From Octopus sinensis (Eukaryota): a stretch of 64,000 bases of DNA. This document shows, piece after piece, positions 25,690 to 37,679 of the stretch (positions are counted from its first letter, which is position 1; each line of letters starts with the position of its first letter). The translations under genes were made by a program, and so were the position numbers. The stretch lies in assembly GCF_006345805.1 (NCBI RefSeq), contig NC_043006.1, positions 29,636,001-29,700,000 of the forward strand, given 5' to 3'. The notes under the pieces were generated by a model. It searched no databases, was not told the origin of the DNA, and saw only the letters and a list, made by a program, of their open reading frames with translations.

Positions 25690-26030
25690 TCATACGTCCA
25701 CTCAATCAAGACTGACTTGGAAAACAACAATCTTAGTCAATAGACTTGGCAGCATAGTCGTAAAAAATCATAAAATCAAAAGATCTTTTCAGATTGATAT
25801 CCTCACATCCCAAAATATCAGAGAGACAGAAAAACAATTGAAGTACAAAGATTTAGAGACAAATACTTTCAAAAACATAGGAGATGGATGCAGCAGTATC
25901 ACCATAGTTATGCATGATCAAGGAATGGTGCTAAAGTTAGAAAATCAGAAAATTTTTCAATTCAAGAACTACAGAAAATAGTTTTCTTGGGGAATGCTGA
26001 CAGACTTAAGAGAATTATGTTTGCAAGAGA
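25690..26030 (+). mobile_element. Decayed R4/Dong-like LINE 3' fragment
   Basis: Remnants KYKDLE and QELQKIVFLG.A..L.RI, paralleling the C-terminus at 33573-33833. Confidence 0.55.
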
Positions 26031-26346
26031 AAAATAACATAACTAGGCTAAAGTATGCAAATTATCACTTCTACCTCTCACTCACAATACAGATACACAT
26101 AATTGCATATTGCTATATAATGGACTACCTGAGATAAATCATAATAATCTGGTATGGCATAAAAAAGAAGAGAGAAAAAATATACAAATTGCAAGATAAT
26201 GATAAATCCAGATGAAGTGTCTGGTGCATCAAACAGGAAATTTAGTTTCAGTGAAACAACTACAACACACTGAAGCTAAACAATGTAGGACTCCACATAG
26301 AAACAAAAATCTTGAGAAAATCATCCAGAATCATAGCAGCAATAAA

Positions 26347-26368
26347 AGGGTTAGGGTTAGGGTTAGGG
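26347..26368 (+). repeat. Short interstitial (TTAGGG)n
   Basis: aggg ttaggg ttaggg ttaggg. Confidence 0.9.
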
Positions 26369-27111
26369 TCACATGACTTGTTTCAAGTGGAAGAAAGAAT
26401 GGTGACAATATTGACGCTGTAAGCCAAACATACACATATGTACACCACCAACAAATACACAAAATGTTAAATAAGTCACCAAGTGAGGGTTTATTTGCAA
26501 CAAAAAGATATTTATAAAAACATGCTAAGACTATGTTAAATTACCCTTTAGGAATAAACCAATATGGGAATTTTAATTCAGTCGAATTTCCCTCAAATTA
26601 CAACTTAGTGTCTCAAAAAACAGAGGTAGAATACATGGGTTTAGTTGTAAAGCCCCAAATGTGAGAGGAAGCTGGGAGATAAAGCTGGAAGATTTTTGGT
26701 TAGGGTTAATCTAGGGTTAAAGGATCACAATCGCAATAAGAAACTGAAGAACTTGTAGAGGTGAAATGTCAAAGCAACTCACTTATGATAGAAAATACCA
26801 AGAAGCTTAGAAAGAAGAGAAATGGACAAGGATTAAACCCCAGGAAGTTCTTAGGGTTTTGTGTAGCATCCAGATATTTCCCACAGTAGAATGTAATACA
26901 AATTATACCTTATAGAATTTGGAGAAACAATCATCCAAATGTCAAGCTGAGAACGCCAATTATACTCTTTCAAATGTAAGGAGATATCAGAGAAAAAAAA
27001 AGAAACAGATACTCAAAAGCAGAATTATTATCCCTAAAAGAAGATATTCAGAACACAGCAGCAGTAAAATACCAATTATGTAATGGAAATAATACTTGCA
27101 AAACTTACTAA

Positions 27112-27550
27112 TATACATGGTCGTGTGGTAAGAAGTTTGCTGCCCAACTACATGATTCCAAGTTCAATATCCCTACATGGCACCTTGAGCAAGTGTCTTC
27201 TACTACAGCCTCAGGCCACCGAAAGCCAGGTGAAAGAGGCCTGTCGTATGTGTGTGTGTGTGTGTTTGTGTTGACCACCACTTGACAACCAGTGTTTGTG
27301 CATTTAATAACCTTTAGCACACTGTAGGTGCATTATGTCACCATATGAGCTTTCTCCCCTGTAGTAATAGGACAGTGGAAGGGGAAACAATTCTAGAGAA
27401 AATGCAATGTGCAAAAGGTTAGATATCCCTAATCTAGCAGTTCAGCAACAGAGACCGATTGAATAAGTACCAGTCTTAAAAAGAAGACAAGTTCAGGGGT
27501 AAATTAGTTTGACTAAAATTTCTCAAGGCAGTGCTCCAGTATGGCCACAA
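27112..27550 (+). mobile_element. Family C SINE, interrupted
   Basis: gtggtaagaagtttgc...ggcaccttgagcaagtgtcttctac...gctccagtatggcc. Confidence 0.75.
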
Positions 27551-28391
27551 GGAAAGGAAATCTTGAACAAATAGAAATGAAAATGGCACACTTAATAAAA
27601 CCTGAAGAAATGTTTTAAGATTAAAAACAAAAGATGCAGAGATAAACAAAAATGTATCCATAAAGTGAAACAAAGATGAAAATTAGAAATATAAATGAAT
27701 AGGCATTAGTTATGTGGTTCCATACTTTATCTCACAACCACATGGTTCTGGGTTCAATACTACGGTATGGCACCTTGGAAAAGTATCTCCTACCAAAGTT
27801 TTGGATTAACCAAATACTGAGAGTGAAATCTAATCAACAGAAACTGAGTTGAAGCCTATCACCATCACCATCATCATTATCATCATCATCGGCATTTTTA
27901 TATCAACTTTCCAGACAGATAGGGGTTGGACAGTTCATCATATTCTAGTCTTATTTGCAGTTGTTGTCTTCTGAAATAAAGGGCCATGTCTCTATTTCGA
28001 ACAGTTGCTATAATCGGACATCCTTCCTAACATTGACTACTTTACAGAATATACTGAGCACCTTCTATCATGTCCACAACACTGGACAGGTAGGTTGTTA
28101 TATACTCAGCCACACTGAAGTGACCCCTTGATCATTTCTTACTTCTTCGCAGACTAATGTGGGTCTATTTCATCAAGGTACCAACACTACTGAGGTTGTC
28201 AGGTACCCGACCCACTATGTTTTGACATCTGTTTATTAAAGGCAACAGGCCCAGGAGAGTAAATAGAAGGGAGAGCAAATGACAGGAATAAAACGTGAGG
28301 GTAAAGGAAGTGGGATTACAAAAGGGATACAATGTAGGAAGGGGAGGGTTTGATGTGAAATGGTATGCATATGTATGAGAGAGAGTGTGTG

Positions 28392-28435
<44 letters not shown>

Positions 28436-29786
28436 GGAGAGACTAAGAGAAAGTGTGTGTGTGTATGTGTGTGACAGAAACAGAGAGGAAGGAGAGAGAG
28501 AGTGTACGTGATAGATAGAGAGAGAGAGAGAGAGAAAGAGAAAAGTGTGTGTGTGATATAGAGACAGAGAAAGTGTGTGTATATAATAGAGAGAAAGAGA
28601 ATGTGTGTGTGTGTTTGTGTGTGTGTGAGTGTGAGTGCATGTGACAAAGAGAGTGAGTGTGTGGTAGAGAGAGTGTGAGGGTGGATGTGTTTATATGAAT
28701 ACAGGTCTCAACAAAGAATTGTATTTTTGTCCCTCGAGGCCTAATAACTTAGTGGTTTGACAAAGAGATTGATAGAATAAACAACAGACTGCAATGAGTG
28801 TGAGTATGACTAGCTGAACCATTAGCAATGACCTGAAGCTGTTAATTCCAGGCATTCCAAAGAGTTAAAATGCTCAGCAAAGACAAAGAATTTGGGGTAG
28901 AAAATGTGCCAGAGTCATCATATCTCTTATTATAAAAGGCAGATTTTATCTGCCTCCCTTTGGGAGTTATACAAATCTACAATATAGGATTTCTTCAATT
29001 ACAATTTACCTAGCATTTTTAAGAGTACAATGCATCGCATCATGCCAGGTCCAGTTTTTAAAATTTAAACTCCAATTAAGCAAAATTTACAGAAAACTCA
29101 CATTCTGGTGTGTGTGTCAAATGCTTTTCTTAGTCTGGTTTACACCACACGCAAACGCACACACACAGTGTGCAACGAATAAAGTGAAACTAGATGTAAT
29201 ATTTGTTTCTGTCTATCACGCTGATAGATACATGAGTAAAATGTATGGGAAGCTAACACATAAGAGTGAGTGAAAATGTTCTTGGAAGAGAGTAAATAGC
29301 CAGAGAGAGTGATTTGAGGAAGACTTTACATTAAATAACCGTAGTGGCTTGTGTTAGTAATAAAGTAAACATACACTCATACATACATACATACATACAT
29401 ATATACATACACACACACACATACACACACACATACATACATACACACACACATACATACATACACACATACATACATACATATACATACATATACATAC
29501 ATACATACACACACACACACATACACACACACAGTATTGAAGCTTGAGAACAATCAGATACATTTGCAACACATCTGTTGAAAATATTATTGTTCACACA
29601 CATACATATACATATATACATACAGACAGACAGACAGATAGACACACACACACACACACATGATCCAGCATGGCCACAACCTCAAGGCTGAAACATATAA
29701 AAGAATAACAGAATATAAATGTGTGCATGTGTGTGAGAGAGAGAGTGTGTGTGTATATGTATGTACGTATGTATGTATATATATAT

Positions 29787-30376
29787 AATAATGCGGTTTT
29801 TTCAACAGCTTGAACTAAAAGTCAGAGGGGAATGGGATAAACTACTTATATTAAATTGCTATAAAAGCAGGTAGTAATTTTATCTTGTCCTTATTCATAG
29901 TGCAAGTTTTGAAGAGTGCATTTCGATTTTAACAGCTATTTTTTTCAAAGCTATATTGGAAGTAACAAAGGAGCATATTTGGCATATTTTGCTTTATGAG
30001 TTCAATAAAGACAACAACGCAACGGAAAGTACAAGAAATATTAATGCAGTATATGGGGATTGGACAATAAGCGTAAGGCAGTGTCAATGGTGGTTCCAGA
30101 AATTCCGAGCCATAAACTACAGCCTAGAAGACGAGTCTCATCCTGAAAGATCTGTAGAACTCGACAAGGACATCCTGAAAACCCTGGTGGAACAAAATCT
30201 CATCGTAACTGTTGAGGAACTAGCAGAGAAGCTTGGATTTGGTCATTCAACCATTCATTGAGACCTGTGTGCTATCGGAAAAGTCAGCAAATTGGGTCAA
30301 TGGGTTCCTCACGAACTTTCCGAGTCTAATTGCATGCAGAGAGTGAATGTATGCTTTTCTTTGCTGTCACATCTCA
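29787..30376 (+). mobile_element. Mariner 5' half: partial TIR, HTH region to WVPHEL; truncated
   Basis: ORF 29956-30261 MEVTKEHIWHILLYEF..WFQKFR..LEDE..; GKVSKLGQWVPHEL downstream; aatgcggtttttt resembles a mariner TIR end. Confidence 0.9.
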
Positions 30377-30396
30377 CCACTACTGCGCTATGTATG

Positions 30397-31033
30397 TCTA
30401 TATATATAAAACTGTAGTTGTGTGAGTGTCTGTCCCCTTCGATTTAGATTCCTAACTACTCCCACATTTTGCGGTGCAGTTTAACCAAATTCGGGTAGCT
30501 TATAGTCGTGATTCATATCGAGCCCGTCTGAGTATTAGCGCGCGTCTACGATGAGTCTACGATTTTAAAAATAATTTAACATCATTTTTTATTCCATTTT
30601 AATGCATAATTTTTCGTGTGTCGATGGCGGCGGAGTTGGCGTCCACGCTCACACCTGCACCTGTGGGGAAGGGAGTGTAAGGAAATCAACGTCGTAATGC
30701 GTTGTCAAGGAGACCAGCGTTCTTTTAGAACAACGACTTCATGGCTTGAAGACACCAAAACAGAAATGGCTAAGAAAGCGTCTACATGAGTCTACGATTT
30801 TAAAAAAAATTTACCATCGTTTTTTTTCCATTTTAATGCATTTTTTCGCTATTATATAAGGGAAGTAACTCTCTAAAAATGTCTACGATGAGTCAACGAT
30901 TTTTAAAAAAATTTACCATCATATTTTTTCCATTTTTAATGCATTTTTTGCTATTTTTTGGCTATAACTCTCTAAAAATGCTTATATAGTTATTTCCCTT
31001 ACAAACCCGAGCAACGCCGGGCGATACTGCTAG
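30397..31033 (+). mobile_element. Non-autonomous Helitron
   Basis: 5' TCtatatatataaaa; 3' hairpin cccg-agcaacgc-cggg (31006-31021) then CTAG|T; CpG-rich, with internal repeats. Confidence 0.85.
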
Positions 31034-31159
31034 TATAAGATAAGGAGGGAAAAGAGAAGTAAAATACGTCAGTTGTAAAGCATGGAGTAAGACATTAAGG
31101 GACATTAAGGGACCTAAAAAACACACAAATACCTGGGAGATAGAATGATGAAAGAGGAA

Positions 31160-31400
31160 ATTAAGAAAGAGCATGTAAAAAGTGCCTGTGCTGGTGACCC
31201 CTAAAAAGCACCCAGTCCACTCTGTAGTGGTTGGCATTAGGAAGGGCATCCAGCCATAGAAACCATGCCAAAACAGACAAATGGAGCCTAGTGAAATTCA
31301 CCAGCCTTGCCAGCTCCTGCCAAATTGTCCAACCCATGCCAGCATGGAAAACGGACATTAAATGATGATGAGGATGATGATGATGAAGATGATGACATGT
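31160..31400 (+). mobile_element. Family B copy
   Basis: aaaagcacccagtccactctgtagtggttggcattaggaagggcatccag...(gat)n. Confidence 0.85.
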
Positions 31401-32269
31401 GACATCAGTGCTATGAATGAAATAAATAGGTAAAAGGAGAAGCACTAAATCACAAGGCAATAGCAATGTAGTTGTTGATGCTGTTGTTGTCACATCATGA
31501 ACTGAAATATGAGGGAGATGCTGAGAGTGGACACCAATGCCAGGACACTGTGGTATACAGAGAAGACTAGCCAAAGATGCCAACTGGCTTTACACATGGA
31601 ATTATTAAATCAAACAGGTAGGACTCCAATGACAAAACCACAACTCAGCTGCAAGAATATTTCCCAGAAAGCAAAAGGCCGATGCATATTGTATATAATC
31701 ATGGGAAAATAAAAAAGTGGTTATTCTTTACAAAGAAATATCAAACTTCTGAATTGAGCTAATGCTGGGGAAAGTACTGCAGCACAGAATGAACCAACAA
31801 AGGACAGAGGAATTTAATAATAAAAAAAAAAAAGATATGAAAATTATTATGTCAAAATAATAGCATGAATGGGTAAATCACTTGAAGTAAATATCCACAA
31901 TCGATTAATAAACCTGACAGAGACATTACCAGCATCCATCTGTGAGTGACTAAATGCTGAACCCAGAGGTTGTTTACCATCGAGGCATAAGAAATAGAAT
32001 AAGAGGATCATTCCTGCATTGGTATCACCAAACCTGACATTACCAAAAAATCTTCAAAAACAAGATGATAAAGCTCCATACCAACCTCATGGATACCTAA
32101 ACTATCTTGTCATAAGGTACCTGATACTAACCAAAATAATAAAAGCTATGCCACAGTAAAATGTAGGAGAATAACACGGTAAAGTAACCGAAATTGTTGG
32201 AATGACAACACTAAAACAGCAGTGAACACAAACAGGAATTTTGGTTAAAATAATGATAATTATATTTCT

Positions 32270-32465
32270 TCTACAATAAGGCACAAGGCCTGAAATTTTG
32301 GTGGAGGGACTAGTCAATTGCTTTGACCCAGTGTTCAACTGGTACTTATTTTGTCAATCCCTAAGAGGGACGGAAAGTAAAGTTGACCTCAGCAACATTT
32401 GAATTCAGAAGAAATGGTTCTAATCATTTTAACCGGGATACTAATGCTTCTGCCAGCTCACTGCT
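32270..32465 (-). mobile_element. Family A SINE copy adjoining (TAA)n
   Basis: Same core; head runs straight into a (taa)n tract at 32467-32572. Confidence 0.8.
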
Positions 32466-32486
32466 TTAATAATAATAATAATAACA

Positions 32487-32543
<57 letters not shown>

Positions 32544-32574
32544 TAATAATACTAATAACAATAATAATAATAAA

Positions 32575-34030
32575 ATGATAGAAACATCCAACGTTAATCT
32601 TGATCAATAGAATGTCATAAGGGAGTTAGAACCCAACGAAGAGCTACAAATACCTAAGGGAATTTGAAAGTGATTTACAGTTTCAATTTTATTAACTGGT
32701 CAATTACTGAAATCTGTAATCTTGACAGAAAAATACGAAAATTGTGGGAAATGAATGGAATGCACCTCTCTAAGGCAGATACAGAACTACTTTACCGACC
32801 AAGAAAAGAGGGTGGTTTTGGACTTTTACAACTGGAATTAACAATGAAGACTGCCACAATTGACCGAAGCACTTACCTGAAAAACCCTGAATGACTGGAT
32901 GCTAAAACTTGTTTTTAAACATGAAAACAAGAAAACAGCACACTCAGTAAAAAAACAGGAAAAGAAATATCTAAGTGAATTCCAAATACACAAATCCCAG
33001 AATTAGATGTACTAGAACAAGCATAGAAAAAGCTAAACATATGAAAGCCCTTGCTAAAACTGCTGCCTTAGATATTCTTACTGATAAATGGCAAGAAAAA
33101 CCTCTCAATGGCAAATACCCAAAGAGAGCTAATAATGCTGATATTGACAAAGCCCTTACCCATCAATGGCTTAAAATCAAAAACAGAAGGGTTTATCATA
33201 GCAGCCCAAGATCAATGCCTATCTACAAGGAACTACCAGGCCAATATATTAAAGAACGGCAGCAGACCAACATGTTGTATATGTAAACAACAAAATGAAA
33301 CCATCAATCATGTTGTTTCCATATGCAGTCTTCTTGCACCTACAGAGTATCTTAGCAGGCATGATAGAGAAGCACAGTATATTCACTGGGTAATTTGCAA
33401 TGACTTGGACCATGATAAAAACCAGTGGGAACACAAACCACTGCCAGTGCTTGAAAATGATCACATCTCACTCCTTTGGAACTTCACCGTTCAAACTGAC
33501 AGAAAGATAGATGCAAATATGCGAGACGTTATATTGAAGGATTTCAGATAAAAATCATGCCTCCTCATCAATATGACTGTCCCAATCAACATAAATGTAT
33601 CTGTCAAGACTTACCAAAAACTGAGCAAGGATAAAGATCTTGAAATAGAAATTGACAAAATGTGGTACCTCCAGACTAAAACAATACTTATTGTCATAGG
33701 TGCCCTAGGAATGATAGCAAAAGGGGCCGATTGCTACTTAGCTCAAATACCAGGAAATCCAAAAATGGAAGAAATTCAAAAAATAGTGCTCATGGAAACT
33801 GCTCGTATCCTACGCAAAATATCATTGATGTAATCCCCAAAACATTTTAATCTGTAAAGTGTTAAAATATTTTTAAATGTACATAACAGCAAACACTTTT
33901 TATTGTTATCTCAACTTCAGATTATCACTTTATAATCAAATTGCTTTTCAAACAAACTTTTAACTGACTTATGTTTTGACAGACATTCTCTAGAATAATA
34001 CTCTGTGCAAAACCAAAAAAATAGCACCCT
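32575..34030 (+). mobile_element. R4/Dong-clade non-LTR retrotransposon (restriction-like endonuclease), 5'-truncated pseudogene
   Basis: ORFs 32664-33833: WQEKPLNGKY, KTEGFIIAAQDQCLSTRNY, C..C...ETINHVVS.C (CCHC), YLSRHD, LLWNFTVQTDRKI, KDLEIEIDKMW..TK..LIVIGALG; stops and frameshifts. Confidence 0.9.
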
Positions 34031-34610
34031 AGTCATAATACCAACTTGAACTTCTAACTTGTTGTCTCTTGAAGTCTCTGGGTGAGACTTGGAGTCAACT
34101 TCTGATCTTAACTGATTGGAAGTGTTATCATGTACATAGTTTTGTCTTAGTATAAAAGATGGGCTACAGCAAATATTCTGCTTAATACCACAGATTTGCT
34201 TGTCAGTTGTTTGACCTTAACCAGTTGGGCATGTCTCTAAGTGGCTGACAATATGTACAACTCTGATCATGAGCAGAAGTAGTGGGGGATCATCATAGCT
34301 GTGTGTTGAAAGGAATTCATCTTTGGAAACATGGGTATTTTGTTCAACATCCTAAAACAACCCTTATTCAGGGAACTTTTGTGTGAGATGGGCTACTCAA
34401 CCTGAAGAAAATTCTAACTGGGCCCAGCCACAAGGTCATGCACTGTTTATCTTGATATCAGATCACGATGTCATGCACATATGGTTGAGATGCATGCACC
34501 TGGTGTACCCTTATCAGATGGATAGTCATGGTGGGTATACTGGGCTTCTTATATTTTTACCCCAGTGTCACTTTGATGGGATGGCATGCACTGCTCTCTC
34601 TCTCACTCAA
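34030..34610 (+). mobile_element. Family E repeat with (AAT)n tail (LINE 3' UTR or SINE)
   Basis: The reverse complement of part of it recurs at 51770-51970, and a fragment occurs at 57490-57535. Confidence 0.7.
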
Positions 34611-34621
34611 TAATAATAATA

Positions 34622-34670
<49 letters not shown>

Positions 34671-34689
34671 TATTATTATTATTATTATT

Positions 34690-35503
34690 ATTTCTACTGA
34701 AGGCACAAGGCCTAGTTGATCATGTTGTCCCCTGTGTTTCACTGGTATTTAATTTATCAAATCCAAAAAGATGAAAGGCAAAGTCAACCTCGGCAGAAAT
34801 TGAACTCAGAACATAAAGATGGACGAAATACCTTTCAGCATTTTGCCTGGTGCACTAACAATTCTGCCAGCTCATTACCTTAATGAAAATAATAATAATA
34901 ATTTCAAGTTTTGGCACAAGGCCAGCAAATTCAGGGTAAGGGACTAGTTGATTACATCAACCCCAGTACTCAACTGGTACTTGGTTTATTGACTTCCGTA
35001 AGCCACATAGCTCAGTGGTTAGAGTGTCGGTCTTACAATCATGAGCTTACAAGTTTGATTCCCAGACCGGGCTACATGTTGTGTTCTTGAGCAAGGCACT
35101 TTATTTCACATTGCTCCAGTTCACTCAGCAGTAGAAATGATTTGCAATGTCACTGGTGCCAAGCGGTATTGACCCCTTTGCCTTTCCCTTGGATAACATC
35201 GGTGGCACAGAGAGGGGAGGCCGGTTTGCATGGGTGACTGCTGGCCTTCCATAAACAATCATGCCCACACTTGTGACTTGGGGCGGGGGGGGGGAACTGT
35301 TTAGGTGCAATCCCATGGTCATTCATGACCAAAGTGGATCTGTACTCTTTTACCCTTTAAGGATGAAAGGCAAAGTCAACCTTGGCGGAATAAGAACTCA
35401 GAATTTAAAAATGAATGAAATGTCACAAAGCATTTTGCCCAGCATGCTAACGATTCTGCCCGTTCACCACCTAGTAATAATAACAACAATAATAATAATA
35501 ATA

Positions 35504-35535
<32 letters not shown>

Positions 35536-35770
35536 CAACAACAATAATAATAATCCTTTCTACTATAGGAACTAGTCCTGATATTTTGGAGGAGGGGCCA
35601 GTTAATTACATCAACCTCAATGCTCAACTGGTTCTGTATCTTATCAACCTTAAAAGGATGAAAGGCAAAGTCAACCTCAGCAGAATTTGAACTCAGATTG
35701 TAGAGCTGAAAGAAAGCATTTTGTCCAGTGTGTTAAGGATTCTGCCAGCTCATTGCATTAATTTGCTCTA
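34690..35770. mobile_element. Stack of four family A SINE pieces (minus) with a nested family F tRNA-SINE (plus, ~34998-35340), separated by (TAA)n
   Basis: Repeated aaggatgaaaggcaaagtcaacc cores; family F head tagctcagtggttagagtg...agtttgattccc. Confidence 0.8.
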
Positions 35771-35819
35771 ATAATAATAATAACAATAATGATGGTGATG
35801 ATGATGATGATTGCTCCTG

Positions 35820-36480
35820 CTGGTTTTGACGTATGAATGTTTAAAGGAGAGGATTTAAAGATAGTAAGAAAGCAAAAGTCACTAAGAAGCTGCATCTGTT
35901 TGTGATGGATTCAGGAATGTAATTTGAGTCCAGAAATGGATTTTGCTATGAAGTCACAATGGAGACATTGATGATTTTGATTTTGCCTGGGATTGGGCGA
36001 GTGTGTCTGTTGGTTGCGGGACATAGTTCTTTTATTGTCCTTTTTCTTCAACTCAGACTGTCTCGAAGCATCGTGACACATTTTATGCCATGCAGGTCGA
36101 TCTGGCACTGTACGACAATGTGAAGGGTGTATTTGGTCCAAGAAAGAGCGGCACAGAACCTATTCTCTCTAACGATGGAACAAAACTCTTAAGTAGCAAA
36201 GATGAAATTCTGGAAAGATGGGCAAAACACTTTAAATCTGTATTAAATCAAGAATCCACTGCTAATCCTGAAGATATCAATGAAATCCTTCAGTGGCCTA
36301 TAATTGAAGAACAAGCAGAAAATCCTTCCTAGGAAGAGATAAGTACTTCTATCAGAAAGCTTTTTCCATGGTAAAGCACTTGGACAAGACAGTATTCCCA
36401 TAAATGTGTGGAAGCATGTTGGCAAACAAGCTGTAAGTAAGCTGTGCAAATTGGTCTGCTTGATGTGAGAAATGATGTTT
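35820..36480. mobile_element. RTE (BovB-like) LINE pieces in opposite orientations
   Basis: Minus ORF 35911-36141: DRPAWHKMC..C..C...S.SGLKLH (C-terminal zinc finger). Plus ORF 36090-36332: FGP..EILERWAKHFKSVLN (pre-RT region). Confidence 0.85.
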
Positions 36481-36499
36481 GTTCCTCAACAGTTCAATT

Positions 36500-36710
36500 A
36501 TAATAATCCTTTCTACTATAGGCACAGGGCCTTAAATTTGGGAGAAGGGGACTACGACCGCAGTGCTTAAATGGTACTTATTTTATTGAGCCCAAAAGGA
36601 TGAATGGCAAAGTCGACCTTGGCAAAATTTGAACTCAATGTAAAGGTAGATGAAATGCTACTGAGCATTTTGTCTGGTGTGCTAACAATTCTGCCAACTC
36701 ATTGCAGCAG
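36500..36710 (-). mobile_element. Family A SINE copy
   Basis: ataataatcctttctactataggcac tail and core. Confidence 0.85.
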
Positions 36711-36799
36711 CAGCAGCAGGAGGGGGGAATGGATGTAAAGTTTTAGCACCAGTAAAGTATAAATCAAGACAGGACAGAGTTCACCAATACTGATAAATA

Positions 36800-37080
36800 T
36801 GTTGGCATTTCAAAATCAAGTAACTGTTAACAGGTAGTACAAGCATCACCCTGAAGCTGTAACTGAGGGAGGAAATGTAATGATTCTTTGGGATTTTCCA
36901 GTACTTACAGACAGAACTATCATAGCTAATAAACTGGTTATTGTTGCAAAAGATTTGTCTATTTATTGATTGACATGAGTATCTCTTGTGATCATAATAC
37001 TGTAGCAAAGGAATTGGACAAGCTCAGAATATAGAAAGATTTGCTATTGAAATCAAAAACTGTGTGGCATCTCCTATTTA
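36800..37080 (+). mobile_element. Decayed R4/Dong-like LINE fragment
   Basis: ILWDFPVLTDRTIIANK..LLIDMS remnants, paralleling 33470-33600. Confidence 0.6.
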
Positions 37081-37219
37081 GAAAAAATGAATTTATTTAT
37101 CATCAAAGAGGTCATTATTTTTACATTCATAATATTGTTAGTATTTTAATATTATTAGTATTTTATTGTCAGTATTTGTAATTTTAGTATTTTAATATTG
37201 TAAGTATTTTAATATTAGA

Positions 37220-37430
37220 TTAAAATTTTGGCACAAGGCCAACAAGTTCAAGGGAGGGTAAATCAATAACATCGACCCCGGTACTGAAATGGTACTTATT
37301 TTATCAACCCCAAAGGGATGAAAGGTAAAGTCGACCACAGTGGTATTTGAACTCAGATCATAAACACAGATGAAACACTGCTAAGCATTTTGCCCAGCAT
37401 GGTAACAATTCTGTCAACTCACCACCTTGT
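37220..37430 (-). mobile_element. Family A SINE inserted in a degenerate ~17-bp AT-rich repeat
   Basis: ttagtattttaatattg-like units on both sides (37130-37220, 37428-37470). Confidence 0.8.
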
Positions 37431-37552
37431 TAGTGTTTTAATATTGTTAGAATTTTCATATTGTTAGCATTCTAAAATATATGCTGTATTTCTTGTAAAA
37501 TCTCTGTTATTACTATTAAATCAGAGATAAAAAAAAAAAGTTCTAAACTTAC

Positions 37553-37679
37553 CCCTGCAGGAAACATTTTTGAGTGCAGTCTAATAGATTCCAATTGCCT
37601 GAGAGCCATTCTGATAGACTTGATGAGATCTCCTTTACACTATAACAGCCTTGATACCAGCTGTTTGGTGAGACAATAG
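37553..37679 (-). CDS. Exon: N-terminal half of WSC domain (xIVSPNSWYQGCYSVKEISSSLSEWLSGNWNLLDCTQKCFLQG), polycystin-1-like candidate gene
   Basis: Acceptor ccttttgtcttttccag|, donor CAGGG|gtaagt; 127 nt, phase 1->2, open frame. Y-x-G-C and C-x3-C match the start of a WSC domain. GG + A of the next exon gives G-YTLAG. Absent from the ORF track. Confidence 0.9.

Noticed and set aside
28142-28228. Minus segment with a strong gtaaga donor and CQNIVGRVPDNLSS
   Set aside because: Stops in all three frames between acceptor and donor; lies inside an intron whose flanking exons already join in phase.
28923-29192. Possible second Helitron (A|TCtcttattataaaa...ctag)
   Set aside because: No subterminal hairpin found; the 3' boundary is unsupported.
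34998-35075. tRNA-like sequence
   Set aside because: SINE head with A/B-box-like motifs; no cloverleaf or acceptor stem; continues into a SINE body.
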